Shown here: one piece after another, positions 1 to 12,494 of the stretch | Numbering within the stretch: the stretch's first letter is position 1 | Layout of the letters: each line of letters begins with the position of its first letter | Assembly: GCF_006345805.1 (NCBI RefSeq) | Contig: NC_043021.1 | Coordinates: 19,778,001-19,842,000 of the forward strand | Length of the DNA stretch: 64,000 nucleotides | Source of the DNA: Octopus sinensis | Taxonomy: Eukaryota | Reading direction: 5' to 3' | Notes under the pieces: generated by a model | Told to the model about the DNA's origin: nothing | The model's database searches: none | What the model saw: only the letters and a program-made list of their open reading frames with translations | Made by a program: the position numbers and the translations under genes

Positions 1-430
1 TCTGTTCTGGCAGTGTTTCTACAGCTGGATGCCCTTCCTAATGCCAACCACTCCGTGAGTGTAAATCCTTAAATCCTTAAAAATGTTTTAGCCCGAAGGC
101 CGCGGCCATGCTGGGGCACCACCGCTGTAGTGGGTGCTTTTTACGTGCCAGGCGAGGCTGGCAACGGCTACAATCAGTTGGTGCTTTTTACGTGCCACCA
201 GCACGGAAGCCAGTCAAGGTAGCGCTGGCATCAGCCACGTTCGGATGGTGCTTTTTACGTGCCACCGGCACAGGGATCACAATTACAATTCCCACTGATT
301 TTTGATGTTGATGTACTTGACTCAATAGGTCTCCTCAAGCACAGGGTCGAAACGGTGTTTCTTTACTTGCCACCTGCACAGGAATCAGTCCAGCGGCACT
401 GGCAACTGCCAGGTACCAGTCGTAGGATTG
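1..430 (-). mobile_element. RTE-type LINE 3' UTR fragment (family R)
   Basis: Contains CTGGATGCCCTTCCTAATGCCAACC and repeated TTTTACGTGCCACC units shared with the copy at 52754-53536, which still carries the last ORF2 codons. Confidence 0.75.
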
Positions 431-729
431 GTTCGATTTCTTATTTCCCCAAAATATTTCCTTCCTTATGATTTCACTGTTAATGCTTTCTCACTCTCCC
501 CAACCTACCACCACTAACGAACATTTTGTCTCTCTCTGATGAAGGATTCTGCTTGATATTATAAACTTCCTCATGACAAAATAAATTATTCTAATTTGTG
601 AAGATTTTTGCAATAACTTACAAGGTTGAATTAAACCAATTATACACCCACACATCTTAAGAATTAATGCGTAAAAAAAAATCAAGGAACAACAAATTCT
701 TCAAAGAATTATTTTCATATGGCCATATA

Positions 730-1028
730 GGCGCAGGAGTGGCTGTGTGGTAAGTGGCTTGCTTACCAACCACATGGTTCCGGGTTCAGTCCCACTGCGT
801 GGCATCTTGGGCAAGTGTCTTCTGCTAGAGCCCCAGGCCGACCAATGCCTTGTGAGTGGATTTGGTAGACGGAAACTGAAAGAAGCCTGTCGTATATATG
901 TATGTATATATATATGTATGTGTGTGAATATGTTTGTGTGTCTGTGTTTGTCCCCCCACCATCGCTTGACAACCGATGCTGGTGTGTTTACGTCCTCGTA
1001 ACTTAGCGGTTCGGCAAAAAGAGACCGA
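730..1028 (+). mobile_element. tRNA-derived SINE family S1, 3'-truncated
   Basis: Head GGCGCAGGAGTGGCTGTGTGGTAAG (A box) and GGTTCAGTCCC (B box), CORE-like CTTGGGCAAGTGTCTT, central (TA/TG)n; about 25 copies in the window. Confidence 0.9.
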
Positions 1029-1034
1029 GATCGT

Positions 1035-1129
1035 CGTTTTATAAACACATTCTACCAGTACACGAAGTTTAAAATGTTTTAGTTACCTAGAAATTATGTT
1101 AAAAACTGCCGTTCAAAGCGAAAAGATTC
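1035..1129 (+). mobile_element. Right-end fragment of Merlin-type MITE M1
   Basis: Matches the 3' end of the complete copy at 28190-28597 (AAACTGCCGTTCAAAGCGAAAAGATTC). Confidence 0.75.
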
Positions 1130-1846
1130 TCAGTCTTTTTTGATAGTCAGGACTAAACTTTTAAAGGCAATGTGTCCTCATTTGTTTATTTTAAAGCGGT
1201 GGAAGGAAGACTGGCTGCTGTTTCTAGCAAGCTAAGCAACACTGGTAAGAGATTCCACGCTGGACTCGCCAAGAAACTCGTTGGTTGTAAATAAAAACGT
1301 GTTTATAGAAAACATTTCCATGTGTTTGATGCGGAGACGTAAGATAAAGGAGATTCTGTGACATTAAACGGAGACGAAGGATAAAATAGAGGAAACTACA
1401 AACCGAAGAAGGCTGGAAATGCTTCTGGAACCGAATAATTTCTTCAAGAACTGAAGATAATTAACAAAAACCTTCGTTAATTTTTCTCTAATTAGTATAA
1501 CGTAGTTAAAGCAACGAGAAACAGCGCTTTGTAAACTTCCGGTCATGCGCACTAGACTTCCATCAGCTAACTCTTGGTTTGTAGTAGATAGAACCTGTTG
1601 GGGATGGTCATCGATGGATTGGATTTAGATGGAATTTTGAAATAGCAGCCTTTCGAAGTTCCATATGTCTCGATAAAAAGAAAACGGGGTACTTTTTGGT
1701 AATCTCACTCCGCCCCATTAAAAAATTGCCATTAAAAAAGGGGGTTATCTCCCCACTAAAAACTTGGGTTATCCCCCCTTCCCCGTCAACTCAACAACTT
1801 TGTTTCGTCTTATTTTTTAAACCTGATTGATTTTTCCTGTACAGTA

Positions 1847-2719
1847 ATGAATATCATAAGTCTAAGTGAAATTTGCAAAGACGAAGTATCCATTATTTCT
1901 TTTTTTCAAGAAAAAGGAATTATTCACCAAGAAAGACGATGCAACAACGGCCATCGTATGAATTTCTCAGTTGGAAGTCAAAATCGATGGAGGTGTAGAC
2001 TTCGTGGATGCAGACAAGAAAAAGGGTTAAGAACAGACAATTGGTTTGCGAACTCACGCTTATCTTTTCATAAAGCAGCCTTTTTCATATATTGTTGGGC
2101 ACACGACTTGGAAAGTGTCGATTTTTGTGAACCCGAGATGAATGCCAGTTGCATTGTTGACTGGAATAATTATCTGAGAGAAATTTGTGCTGCACACGTT
2201 TTGTCTGACCCGAAAGTGATTGGAGGACCCAACATGATTGTTGAAATTGATGAAAGTTTGTTCACTAAAAGAAAAAGTTGTGCCGGACGTCAACCACCTC
2301 GACAGTTGGTTTTTGGAGGAATTTGTGAAAAAACAAAAGAGTGTTTCATGTTTCCTATCCCTGACAGGTCTGCAACAACCCTTCTTCCTATAATAGAAAA
2401 TAATATAAGACCAGGTAGTATCATCATAAGTGCTGAATGGTCAACATATGAAAATATAATTAACGCTGGTCATTTTCAACATCTCATTGTGAATAATTCT
2501 CTACACTTTGTTGATCCGACTAATATAGCTCACACCCAAAAGAGTGAAAGACCTTGGAAGAGTGCTAAGGAAAAAAAAAAAAGAGAAAATGGAACTCACA
2601 GAGGTCTGCTGGACTCGTATATGTGCGAGTTTATGTGGCGACAAGAGATTAAATTAAAAGAATTAGATCCTTTTGATTCAATACTTCAACACATTGCTGA
2701 CTTTTGGCCTCCTCAGTAG
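1847..2719 (+). CDS. Merlin/IS1595-family DDE transposase, 290 aa, probably catalytically dead
   Basis: N-terminal C/H zinc-ribbon-like motif ([14 protein letters not shown]), [62 protein letters not shown]. The usual SD.W reads SAEW. Confidence 0.9.
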   Translation: MNIISLSEICKDEVSIISFFQEKGIIHQERRCNNGHRMNFSVGSQNRWRCRLRGCRQEKGLRTDNWFANSRLSFHKAAFFIYCWAHDLESVDFCEPEMNASCIVDWNNYLREICAAHVLSDPKVIGGPNMIVEIDESLFTKRKSCAGRQPPRQLVFGGICEKTKECFMFPIPDRSATTLLPIIENNIRPGSIIISAEWSTYENIINAGHFQHLIVNNSLHFVDPTNIAHTQKSERPWKSAKEKKKRENGTHRGLLDSYMCEFMWRQEIKLKELDPFDSILQHIADFWPPQ

Positions 2720-2739
2720 GCATTGAATAAGGTGTTTAA

Positions 2740-2960
2740 CCCTTTAGCATTTAAACTGGCCATATCCGGCCAAAAGTATTCTGCCTGTTTTATGTTCAAA
2801 CTGGCCATATCTGGTCTCTCACACCAACCCTACAATGTCGTTTTAAAAATTAACAGCTACCTCATCAAAATCTCAAAGCTACAAGATAATGCATGATTAG
2901 TTCAAAGCAATGTGGATAAAGAAGTATTAATTTTGGCAGAATAATGTGAACACTAAAGGG
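2740..2960 (+). mobile_element. piggyBac-type MITE (family P1) nested in the Merlin element
   Basis: CCCTTTAG...CTAAAGGG termini with TTAA at 2736-2739 and 2961-2964. Confidence 0.9.
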
Positions 2961-3114
2961 TTAATCTTCTTTTCAATTAACGGGGATGGGGTGGGGATAA
3001 CCCAATTTTTTTAATTGGGGTGAGAGAACCAAAAAAGTACCAAAAAGGGTACGGAACTGATGGAGTTGGGTGCGGGGTCCGTAGCAAAAATCTAAAGAGT
3101 TGAAATTTTTAGTT

Positions 3115-3830
3115 TGTTTTCCAACCACATGGTTCCCGCTTAACGAAAGCCTCGTGAGTAGATTTGGTCAATGGAAACTGAAAGAAGCTCATTACACACG
3201 CACACACACACACACACATGCGGACGTTAAATGATGATGATGATGATGATGATAATGAAATTATTGTATATAGTGCTCAGGTGCACCACAACTTGTCAGA
3301 AAGTGCATATAAAGTACATGCAGTAATGTACAAATGTCTGGAAAGTGAGCAGTGTATGAGTCAGATACATGCTTGTGTGTGTATGGAGGGGAGAAAATCA
3401 GGTGTAGTGTTGGCGAATCTCAGAAAGTATGGAAGTTTTGAAGGATGCAGTGCTCCGACAACTAACAACTGATACCGGCAGTTTGTTCCATGCTTCAGCA
3501 ACTCTCAGTGTGAAAAAATGTTTCCTGAAGTCATGGGAGCTGTGCTGTTTTCTGACTTTGTAAATATGTCCACGGGAGTTAGATGGGTGGAGATATATAT
3601 GTATGTATGTATATATCAGAGGAGTCTCCATGAGTGAGATGAAACCGCTAATAAAGAATTATCTAAAATTCTGATCACTTTTTCTTGATATAAAATCTCT
3701 AAATCACTTCAAACAATCTGTACATATAGAAGTGTGTGTGTGTGAGTGGACACACATCTGTGTCAGCTTGCATTTTTTCTTCACCATCACTTGACAACAG
3801 GTGCTGGTTTGTTTACATCCTCATGTTTTG
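3115..3830 (+). mobile_element. Old S1 SINE split at its central microsatellite by a CR1 fragment
   Basis: 5' half (GATTTGGTCAATGGAAACTGAAAGAAGC) at 3115-3195; 3' half (CTTGACAACAGGTGCTGGTTTGTTTAC) at about 3775-3830. Confidence 0.6.
3252..3592 (-). mobile_element. CR1/L2-type LINE 3' fragment
   Basis: Translates HPSNSRGHIYKVRKQHSSHDFRKHFFTLRVAEAWNKLP...FK; same family as 49520-49978. Confidence 0.85.
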
Positions 3831-4104
3831 CTAAACAAGAATACTGAAAAGATGAAGGGATGGAGAAGAATCTACCATTTTCCTTTCCCATGAGATATTG
3901 AACTTCAAAGTATTGTTAATAAAATGTAAGTCAATATATCTGCTGTAAAGGGAACTAGCTTGGGAATATTTTCACAGCCAACTCAACTGAATCCAGGTAA
4001 AAAGTCACAGGTGTTTTGTCTAAGGGAGTTTTGCCCTAGGGAGGTTTTGTCCAGATCCCATAAATTAATTGTGACTTTTTCTTGCCAAAATTGCGACTTT
4101 ATTA

Positions 4105-4250
4105 CTGGTCACCACTCGACCTGCTAAAAATAGATGGGAAAATAGGATCTTCAAATTACACTTTATTTTCATACATTACCTGAAAAAAAAAAAGATGAGA
4201 CGATCATGGCTGGAATGCTTTTGATCTGCTCAATCAAACTATATGTTCTA
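4105..4250 (+). mobile_element. Ancient dispersed repeat (probable old SINE, family O)
   Basis: CCTGCTAGAAATAGCAGCC..GATGGTCACGGCTGGAATGCCTTTGATC motif; degraded copies also near 1205, 31443, 31600-31830, 32600-32745, 35790-35960, 37480-37660, 37775, 48890, 58850 and 60700-60915. Confidence 0.6.
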
Positions 4251-4350
4251 CTCAACAAGACTGAGAGTGGTCAATACACGTACCCAGGTAAAAACGTCAC
4301 CTGTAATGCCATCATATACAAATAGTATTGTCAATATAAACAAGTCATAA

Positions 4351-4565
4351 GGTGGAAAGCTGGCAAAAACGTTAGCATGCCGGTCGAAATGCTTAGCAGT
4401 GTTTTGTCTGCCTTTACGTTCTGAGTTCAAATTCCACCGAGGTCGACTTTGCCTTTTGTCCTTTCGGGGTCAGTAAATTAAGTACTATTTGCGTTCTGGG
4501 GTTGATGTAATCAACTGTCCCCCTCCCCCAAAATTCTGGGCCTTGTGCCTAGAGCAGAAAAGAAT
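4351..4565 (+). mobile_element. tRNA-derived SINE family S2, monomer with GGCCTTGTGCC tail
   Basis: GCTGGCA..GAGTTCAAATTCC head followed by GCCTTT..CCTTTCGGGGTC..AAATTAAGTAC (Meta-domain-like, from memory). Confidence 0.85.
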
Positions 4566-4629
4566 ATGTACAAGTCATGTATTGTTCGTTAATAACTGAT
4601 TAAAATATTTTCTATTTTATTACTTTAAT

Positions 4630-4999
4630 TACTCTTTTACTTGTTTCAGTCATTTGACTGCAGCCATGCTGAAGCACCGCCTTTAGTCGAGCAAATCAAC
4701 CCCGGGACTTATTCTTTGTAAGCCCAGTACTTATTCTATCGGTCTCTTTTGCCGAACCGCTAAGTTACGGGGACGTAAACACACCAGCATCGGTTGTCAA
4801 GCAATGCTAGAGGGACAAACACAGACACACATATATATATATACATATATACGACAGGCTTCTTTCAGTTTCCGTCTACCAAATCCACTCACAAGGCATT
4901 GGTCGGCCCGGGGCTATAGCAGAAGACACTTGCCCAAGATGCCACGCAGCGGAACTGAACCCGGAACCATGTGGTTGGTTAGAAAGCTACTTACCACAC
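4630..4999 (-). mobile_element. SINE S1
   Basis: Near-full reverse copy with (TACTCTTT)n tail. Confidence 0.9.
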
Positions 5000-5522
5000 T
5001 GGTACTTCAATAAATTGTGACTGATTTGAATATTTTTGTTTGATTAATTGATTTTCTTTCCTAGACAAAATTGTGACATTTTTCTGTTACTTTATTACTG
5101 GTCACCATAAATTAATTGTGACTTTTTTTTTCCTGTGATTGTTTTCCTAGCCAAAATTGTGACATTTTTCATGTGACTTTATTACCAGCCATGAATACAC
5201 ACTAAAGGAAAATCAGAGGCATATAAAGGGGTGGGTGCAGTCATTCTTGGTACATGTCCTGGGTATGACTTTGAGCTGCATCTGGTATTAGGGGCCTGGT
5301 GCAGGATTTCCAGGGTTCTAAAATTTGTGGAACCATTTCTTAGTCACTGTTGTTCCTGGGTTTACTCTGATCTGAAGTAACAGCACCTATGAATTAAATA
5401 GCATGTAAATAAAGGTCAGCTGTGAATATGGGTAGAAGCAGTCCCCAGGAAAATCAAGGGCCTGGCACCCTGTAACCACCAATGCAGGGTTATGTTGAAA
5501 TTATGGCTTACAGCTTGGTATA

Positions 5523-5733
5523 TACTCTTACTCTCTTTTACTCTTTTACTTGTTTCAGTCATTTGAATGCGGCCATGCTGGAGCACCACCTTTAGTCGAG
5601 CAAATCGACCCCGGGACTTATTCTTTGTAAGCCCAGTACTTATTCTATCTGTCTCTTTTGCCGAACCGCTAAGTGACAGGGACGTAAACACACCAGCATC
5701 GGTTGCCAAGCAATGCTAGGGGGACAAACACAA

Positions 5734-5764
<31 letters not shown>

Positions 5765-5935
5765 CATATATACGACAGGCTTCTTTCAGTTTCCGTCTAC
5801 CAAATCCACTCACAAGGCATTGGTCGGCCCTGGGCTATAGCAGAAGACACTTGCCCAAGATGCCACGCAGTGGGACTGAACCCGGAACCATGTGGTTGGT
5901 TAGCAAGCTACTTACCACACAGCCACTCCTGCGCC
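5523..5935 (-). mobile_element. SINE S1, full length
   Basis: Complete head to tail. Confidence 0.9.
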
Positions 5936-5989
5936 TATGTGTGGATTATTTCAGCAGATGAACTTACTAAGTCAGTGGTGAATATCACC

Positions 5990-6335
5990 AAGTGACCTAG
6001 AACCAACAACATGCTGCTGTCGGGCATGCATGGAACAAGATGACAAGGTCACTGCTGCCACCATACCTGGGACTGCCTGTGACGTCAGCAGCAGGATGTG
6101 ACTCCAGCACCAGACAATGGCTAAACCTCGACAATGCCTAATCCTACTTCACATGGTGTTTGCAATGACCTTCAAAACCTGGTCATGGCTCCAGCAGCAG
6201 CTGCCCTCTCCCAGGGATTTTGGACATCCACTGAAGACACGCTCCAGAGTTTGTCTTCTGGAGATGTTAAGTATTAGGAAGAGCATCACACTGTAGAGAC
6301 TGTGCTGAAGCAGACACTGGAGCATCATGCAGTTA
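5990..6335 (+). mobile_element. Possible degraded RTE-like LINE 3' end
   Basis: GC-richer segment running into a (GAT)n tail; no clean reading frame. Confidence 0.3.
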
Positions 6336-6896
6336 AATGATGATGATGATGATGACTGATGGGTGAAAACAATGATGATGCTGATGATGGTGGTGGTGGT
6401 GATGGACGACAATGATGAGGATGATGATGATGGTGGTGATGGATGATAATGACGTTGACGACGACGATGATGACTGATAGGTGACAACAACGATGATGAT
6501 GATGGTGGTGATGGATGACGATTCCAACGATGATGATGGATGATGATGATGACTGATGGGTGATAACAATGATGATGCTGATGATGGTGGTGGTGATGGA
6601 TGATGATGATGATGACTGATGGGTGAAAACAATGATGATGGTGGTGGTGATGGATGACAATGATGAGGATGATGATGATGATGGTGGTAATGGATGATGA
6701 TTCCGACGATGATAATGGATGATGATGATGATGACTGATGAGTGACAACAATGATGATGATGATGATGGTGGTGGTGATGGATGACGATGATGATGGTGG
6801 TGGTGATAGATGACGATGATGATGATGATGACTGACGAGTGACAACAATGATGATGATGATGGTGGTGATGGATGACTACAACAACGACGACAATG

Positions 6897-6928
<32 letters not shown>

Positions 6929-6995
6929 GATGGTGATGATGAGGAGGAGGAGGAGGACGACGATGACAACAATGATGGATGCTGATGAGGAAGAT
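6335..6995. repeat. (GAT/GGT)n triplet array with higher-order units
   Basis: Recurring GATGACTGATGGGTGA(A/C)AACAATGATG blocks. Confidence 0.95.
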
Positions 6996-7239
6996 ATATG
7001 ACAGGCATCTTTCAGTTTTGTCAACCAAAACCACTCAATAATTAGGCTTGTCTTATATTTTATTCAGAACCAATAATCAATATAAAAAAGAAGAAAAAAA
7101 ATTGATCGGACCATTAATGTACTTCTGTGACCATTAACGATCTGAATGTCTATGAATATACAACTTACTTAAACAATACTTTTATTTTGTGAATTTATTC
7201 AACATAAACTACATTATCTAACTCCCTCCTAATTACTGG

Positions 7240-7325
7240 TACTCTGCTGGTTATGATAACGAGGGTCCCAGTTGATCCGATCAACAGAACAGCTTGCTCG
7301 TGATATTAACATGCAAGTGGTTGAG
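7240..7325 (-). mobile_element. SINE S3 tail-a fragment
   Basis: Reverse complement of the tail at 43690-43780 (GTTGATCCGATCAAC..GCTCGTGA). Confidence 0.7.
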
Positions 7326-7883
7326 TGTGGCTGTTTGCCACCCTCCTCTGGCCCCTGTGCCAGTGGCACGTAAAAAACACCATCCGAACGTGGCTGATGC
7401 CAGCGCTGAGTGTGGGCATTTGCCAGCCTCCTCTGGCCCCTGTGCCAGTGACATGTAAAAAGCGCCATCCGAACGTGGCTGATGCCAGCGCTGAGTGTGG
7501 GCATTTGCCAGCCTCCTCTGGCTCCTGTGCCAGTGGCATGTAAAAAACACCATCCGAACGTGGGTGATGCCAGCGCTGAGTGTGGCCGTTTGCCAGCCTC
7601 CTCTGGCTCCTGTGCCAGTGGCACGTAAAAATCTCCATTCGAACGTGGCTGATGCCAGCGCCGAGTGTGGCCGTTTGGCAGCCTCCTCTGGCCCCTGTGC
7701 CAGTGGCACATAAAAAGCACCCACTACACTCACGGAGTGGTTGGCGTTAGGAAGAGGATCCAGCTGTAGAAACACTGCCAAACTAGACTGGAGCCTCGTG
7801 CAGCCTCCTGGCTTCCCGGACCCCGGTCAAACCGTCCAACCCATGCCAGCATGGAAAATGGACGTTAAATGATGATGATGATG
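7322..7883 (+). mobile_element. RTE 3' UTR (family R) with internal 85-bp tandem repeat (about 4.6 copies)
   Basis: Unit starts at 7336, 7421, 7506, 7591 and 7676; ends GGACGTTAAATGATGATG. Confidence 0.85.
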
Positions 7884-8118
7884 TTTTTAACAGTCATTTT
7901 AAGACCAAAACCAGCTTCCTAACTTCACTCCTTGCCGAGATATAACGAATTCTGAAAGTTGTGAAACTTTGACTGTACTTGTCTCGGTTTTTAAGTTGTG
8001 GCACTTATGACGGTCTGTTACTAAACGCCTCATTTATATTTGAAAAGTTTTCTCCAAATATTTTCAATTGCAAAGTCTTTGATCAGCTCCTCACAATGAC
8101 ACCATGAATTATATTTCA

Positions 8119-8510
8119 GGCGCAGGAGTAGCTGTGGGGTAAGTAGCTTGCTTACCAACCACATAGTTCCGGGTTCAGTCCCACTGTGTGGCATCTTGGG
8201 CAAGTGTCTTCTGCTATAGCCCCAGGCCGACCAATGCCTTGTGAGTGGATTTGGTAGACGGAAACTGAAAGAAGCCTGTCGTATATATGTATATATAGAT
8301 ATGTATGTGTGTCTGTGTTTGTCCCCCCAACATCGCTTGACAACCGATGCTGGTGTGTTTACGTCCCCGTCACTTAGCGGTTCGGCAAAAGAGACCGATA
8401 GAATAAGTACTGGGCTTACAAAGAATAAGTCCCAGGGTCGATTTGCTCGACTAAAGGCGGTGCTCCAGCATGGCCACAGTCAAATGACTGAAACAAGTAA
8501 AAAAAAAAAG
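8119..8510 (+). mobile_element. SINE S1, full length
   Basis: Complete head to tail. Confidence 0.9.
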
Positions 8511-8899
8511 AAAAAAAGAAAATATAAACCATTTGGAATATAGTTTCAGCAAGATGAAAGTGATTTCATTTGTACAGTAAACCAATTACCATTTCTGTAG
8601 TACCCCCACTTCCCTCAATGCCCTAAGCATGTGCTTGATGGTTAATCCAGGGCTGCCTTCACTCCCAACCTTTGACAACCAGTGTTGATTTGTTACATCT
8701 CCTTAACTTAGCAGTTCAATAAAGAGAGCTAATAGAATAATGCCGGTTTAAAAAAGGAAAAAAAAAAAGAATAAAAATGTACTGGAGTTGACCAAGGTGG
8801 CGTTCCAGCATGGCCACGGTCCAGTAACGGAAACAAGTAAATGATGGAAGATAATATAGCAGAGACAGAACACTCCTTGGTTGTGTTCTTTATAATAGA

Positions 8900-10320
8900 T
8901 GTTGTCGTCATCATCGTTGTCATCATCAACAACATCATCAACAACATCATCATCATCATCATCATAATTTCCATCATCATCATCATCATTATTGTCACCA
9001 TCATTCCCATCATCATCATCATCAACACTATCACCGCCCCCACCCACTAATCATCATCATCATCATCACCAACATCATCGTCGTCATCATCATCATTATC
9101 GTCACCATCATTCCCATCATCATCATCATCAACACTATCACTACCCTCCCCACTAATCATCATCATCATCCTCATCATCAACAACATCATCGTCATCATC
9201 ACCGTCGTCATCATCATCATCATCATTATTGTCACCATCATTCCCATTATCATCATAATTTCCATCAACATCATCATCATCATCAACACTATCACTGCCC
9301 CCACCACTAATCATCATCATCATCATCAACAATCAAAATCACTAAGCCACTATCTCATCACAACCCTTCTTAATATCCACTCCCTCCACGGCAATCACTT
9401 CTGATTTCATTATCCTTCCCCTACCACCTCATCTCCTTTTCCCCCCTCTCCCCATTTATCTCTCTCCTCTTCTCTTTCCTACTCCCCCTCCAGTTTTCTC
9501 CCATCTCTCTCTTTCTCTCTCTCTCTCATCCTCCATTTCCTACACCTGCCTCTTCTCTTTCTCTCTCTCTCTATCTCTCTCACCTTCTCCTCTCCTCTTC
9601 TACTCCCTCCATCCCTCACTCTCACCCTCTCTGCTTTTCATTCACCCCCTCTCTCTCTATTTCAAATACCCCTCCCCCCTCCTCCTCTTCTCCCTGTCAC
9701 CTCTCCATTGTTTATTACTTTTCTGCCCTACCACCACTATTACCATTATTCATATCATCATCATCATCATCATCATCAACAGCAGCAGCAGTACCACCAC
9801 CACCGCCACTACCACCACAACCAACACCACAGCCTCCACCACCACCACCACTACCACCACCACCCTCTTTATTTCCTCCTCCCTCCTTTCCATCATCCTT
9901 TCTTGTCACACCTCTTTTATTACTTCTCTTGCTTCCCTCTCTCTGCCTTATCTTCCCCCCTCTTCTCTCATCTTCCTCTCTCTCTCTTTCTCCAACTCTC
10001 TTAGCCTTACTATCCCCCTCTCTCTCCAACTCTCTCAGCCTTACTCTCTCTCTCTCTCTCCAACTCTCTCAGCCTTACTCTCTCAGCCTTACTCTCTCAG
10101 CCTTACTCTCTCAGCCTTACTCTCTCTCCCTCTCCAACTCTCTCAGCCTTACTGTCCCCCTCTCTCTCCAACTCTCTTAGCCTTTCTCTCTCTCTCTTTC
10201 TCTCTCTCCAACTCTCAGCCTTACTCTCTCTCTTCAACTCTCTTAGCCTTTCTCTCTCGCTCTCTCTCCAGCTCTCTCAGCCTTACTCTCCCTCTCTCTC
10301 TATCTCTCTTTTCACTTCCC
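8900..10320. repeat. (CAT)n array, then CT-rich polypyrimidine and CTCTCAGCCTTA minisatellite
   Basis: Direct inspection. Confidence 0.9.
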
Positions 10321-10469
10321 ACTCCCCCACCCACTTGATCTCTCACAAACTAATATTTTTTCTATTTTAAACTCTAATCTTTATTATTTTATCGCATTCA
10401 AAATGTTTTGTTTGCCTTTCTTTTTTGTTTTTCTTTTAATTAGACAAAAGTTGTTACACAACCAATATT

Positions 10470-12350
10470 TCTCTTTAGCATCATCATCACCACCACCACC
10501 ACCACCACCCCATTATCAACATCATCATTCTTGTCATCATCATGATCATCATGATCATCATGATCATCATCAGGACCACCACAGCGACAACTGCCACCAC
10601 CACCACCACCACCACCATCGTCGTCGTCGCAATCATCGCCCTCATCATCATCAGCATCACCGCCACCACCCTATTATCATCTTCATCATCATCATCATTG
10701 TTGTCATTATCATCATCGGGACCACCACAGCGATGACCGCTACCACCACCACATCACTATCACCTTCATCATCATCATCATCACCATCATCGTTATCATC
10801 ATCACCACCACCACCACCACCACCAACATCACTATCACCTTCATCATCACCACCACCACCACCACCACCACCACCACCACCATCATCGTCATCATCATCA
10901 TTATCATCACCATCACTATCACCTTCATCATCACCATCATCGTCACCACCACCACCACTACCACCACCATCACTATCACCTTCATCATCGTCATCATCAC
11001 CATCATCGTTATCATCATCATCACCACCACCACCACCACCATCATCGTCATCATCATCATCACCACCACCACCACCACCACCACCATCATTGTCATCATC
11101 ATCATCACCACCACCACCACACCACCACCATCATCGTCATCATCATCATCATTATCATCACCACCACCACCACCACCACCATCACTATCACCTTCATCAT
11201 CGTCATCATCACCATCATGTCATCATCATCATTATCATCACCATCACTATCACCTTCATCATCACCATCATCGTCACCACCACCACCACTACCACCACCA
11301 TCGCTATCACCTTCATCATCGTCATCATCACCATCATCGTTATCATCATCATCACCACCACCACCACCACCATCATCGTCATCATCATCATCACCACCAC
11401 CACCACCACCACCACCATCATTGTCATCATCATCATCACCACCACCACCACCACCACCACATCATCGTCATCATCATCATCATTATCATCACCACCACCA
11501 CCACCACCACCATCACTATCACCTTCATCATCGTCATCATCACCATCATTGTCATCATCATCACCACCACCACCACCACCACCATCATCGTCATCATCGT
11601 CATCATCATCACACCACCACCACCAACCACCACCACCATCATCGTCATCGTTATCATCACCACTACCACCACCACCATCACTATCACCTTCATCATCGTC
11701 ATCATCACCATCATCGTCATCATCATCATCATCACCACCACCACCACCATCATCGCCATCATCACCATCACCACCACCACACCACCATCATCGTCATCAT
11801 CATCATCATTATCATCACCACCACCACCACCATCACTATCACCTTCATCATCACCATCATCGTATCATCACCACTACCACCACCACCATCGCTATCACCT
11901 TCATCATCGTCATCATCACCATCATCGTTATCATCATCATCACCACCACCACCACCACCATCATCGTCATCATCATCATCATTATCATCACCACCACCAC
12001 CACCATCACTATCACCTTCATCATCACCATCATCGTTATCATCACCACTACCACCACCACCATCACTATCACCTTCATCATCGTCATCATCACCATCATT
12101 GTCATCATCATCACCACCACCACCACCACCACCATCATCGTCATCATCGTCATCATCGTCATCATCATCACCACCACCACCACCACCACCACCACCACCA
12201 CCACCACCATCATCGCCATCATCATCATCGTTATCATCACCACTACCACCACCACCATCACTATCACCTCATCATCGTCATCATCACCATCATCGTCATC
12301 ATCATCATCGCCATCATCACCATCACCACCACCACCACCACCACCACCAT
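10470..12350. repeat. 1.9-kb (CAC/CAT)n triplet array with higher-order repeat
   Basis: Marker CATCACTATCACCTTCATCATC recurs more than 10 times. Confidence 0.95.
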
Positions 12351-12494
12351 TCTGTTGTTTTTCTCAAGAGGGTTGAGAAATGTTTTTTAAGACTTGACAT
12401 CAATTTATAATTATTTATTTATTTATTTTTTCTCCCCTTCAGATGAGTAAGTTTAGTTAATTACAGTGACGTCATTGAAGTTGACAGGGTGACA

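Larger units (their letters stand above)
1688..3041 (+). mobile_element. Merlin (IS1595/ISXO2-like) DNA transposon, full length
   Basis: TIRs GGTACTTTTTGGT..CCCCATTAAAAAA..TTGGGTTATCCCC (left from 1688; right 2977-3041); 8-bp flanks GAAAACGG / AAAAAGGG (6/8, decayed TSD); internal transposase ORF. Confidence 0.9.

Noticed and set aside
1847-2719. Bacterial IS1595 contamination
   Set aside because: The element is embedded among eukaryotic SINEs and carries a nested genomic MITE, so it is a eukaryotic Merlin.
10403-12410. 657-aa and 397-aa ORFs
   Set aside because: Translations of a stop-free CAC/CAT array; frames switch with repeat slips and have no non-repetitive domain.
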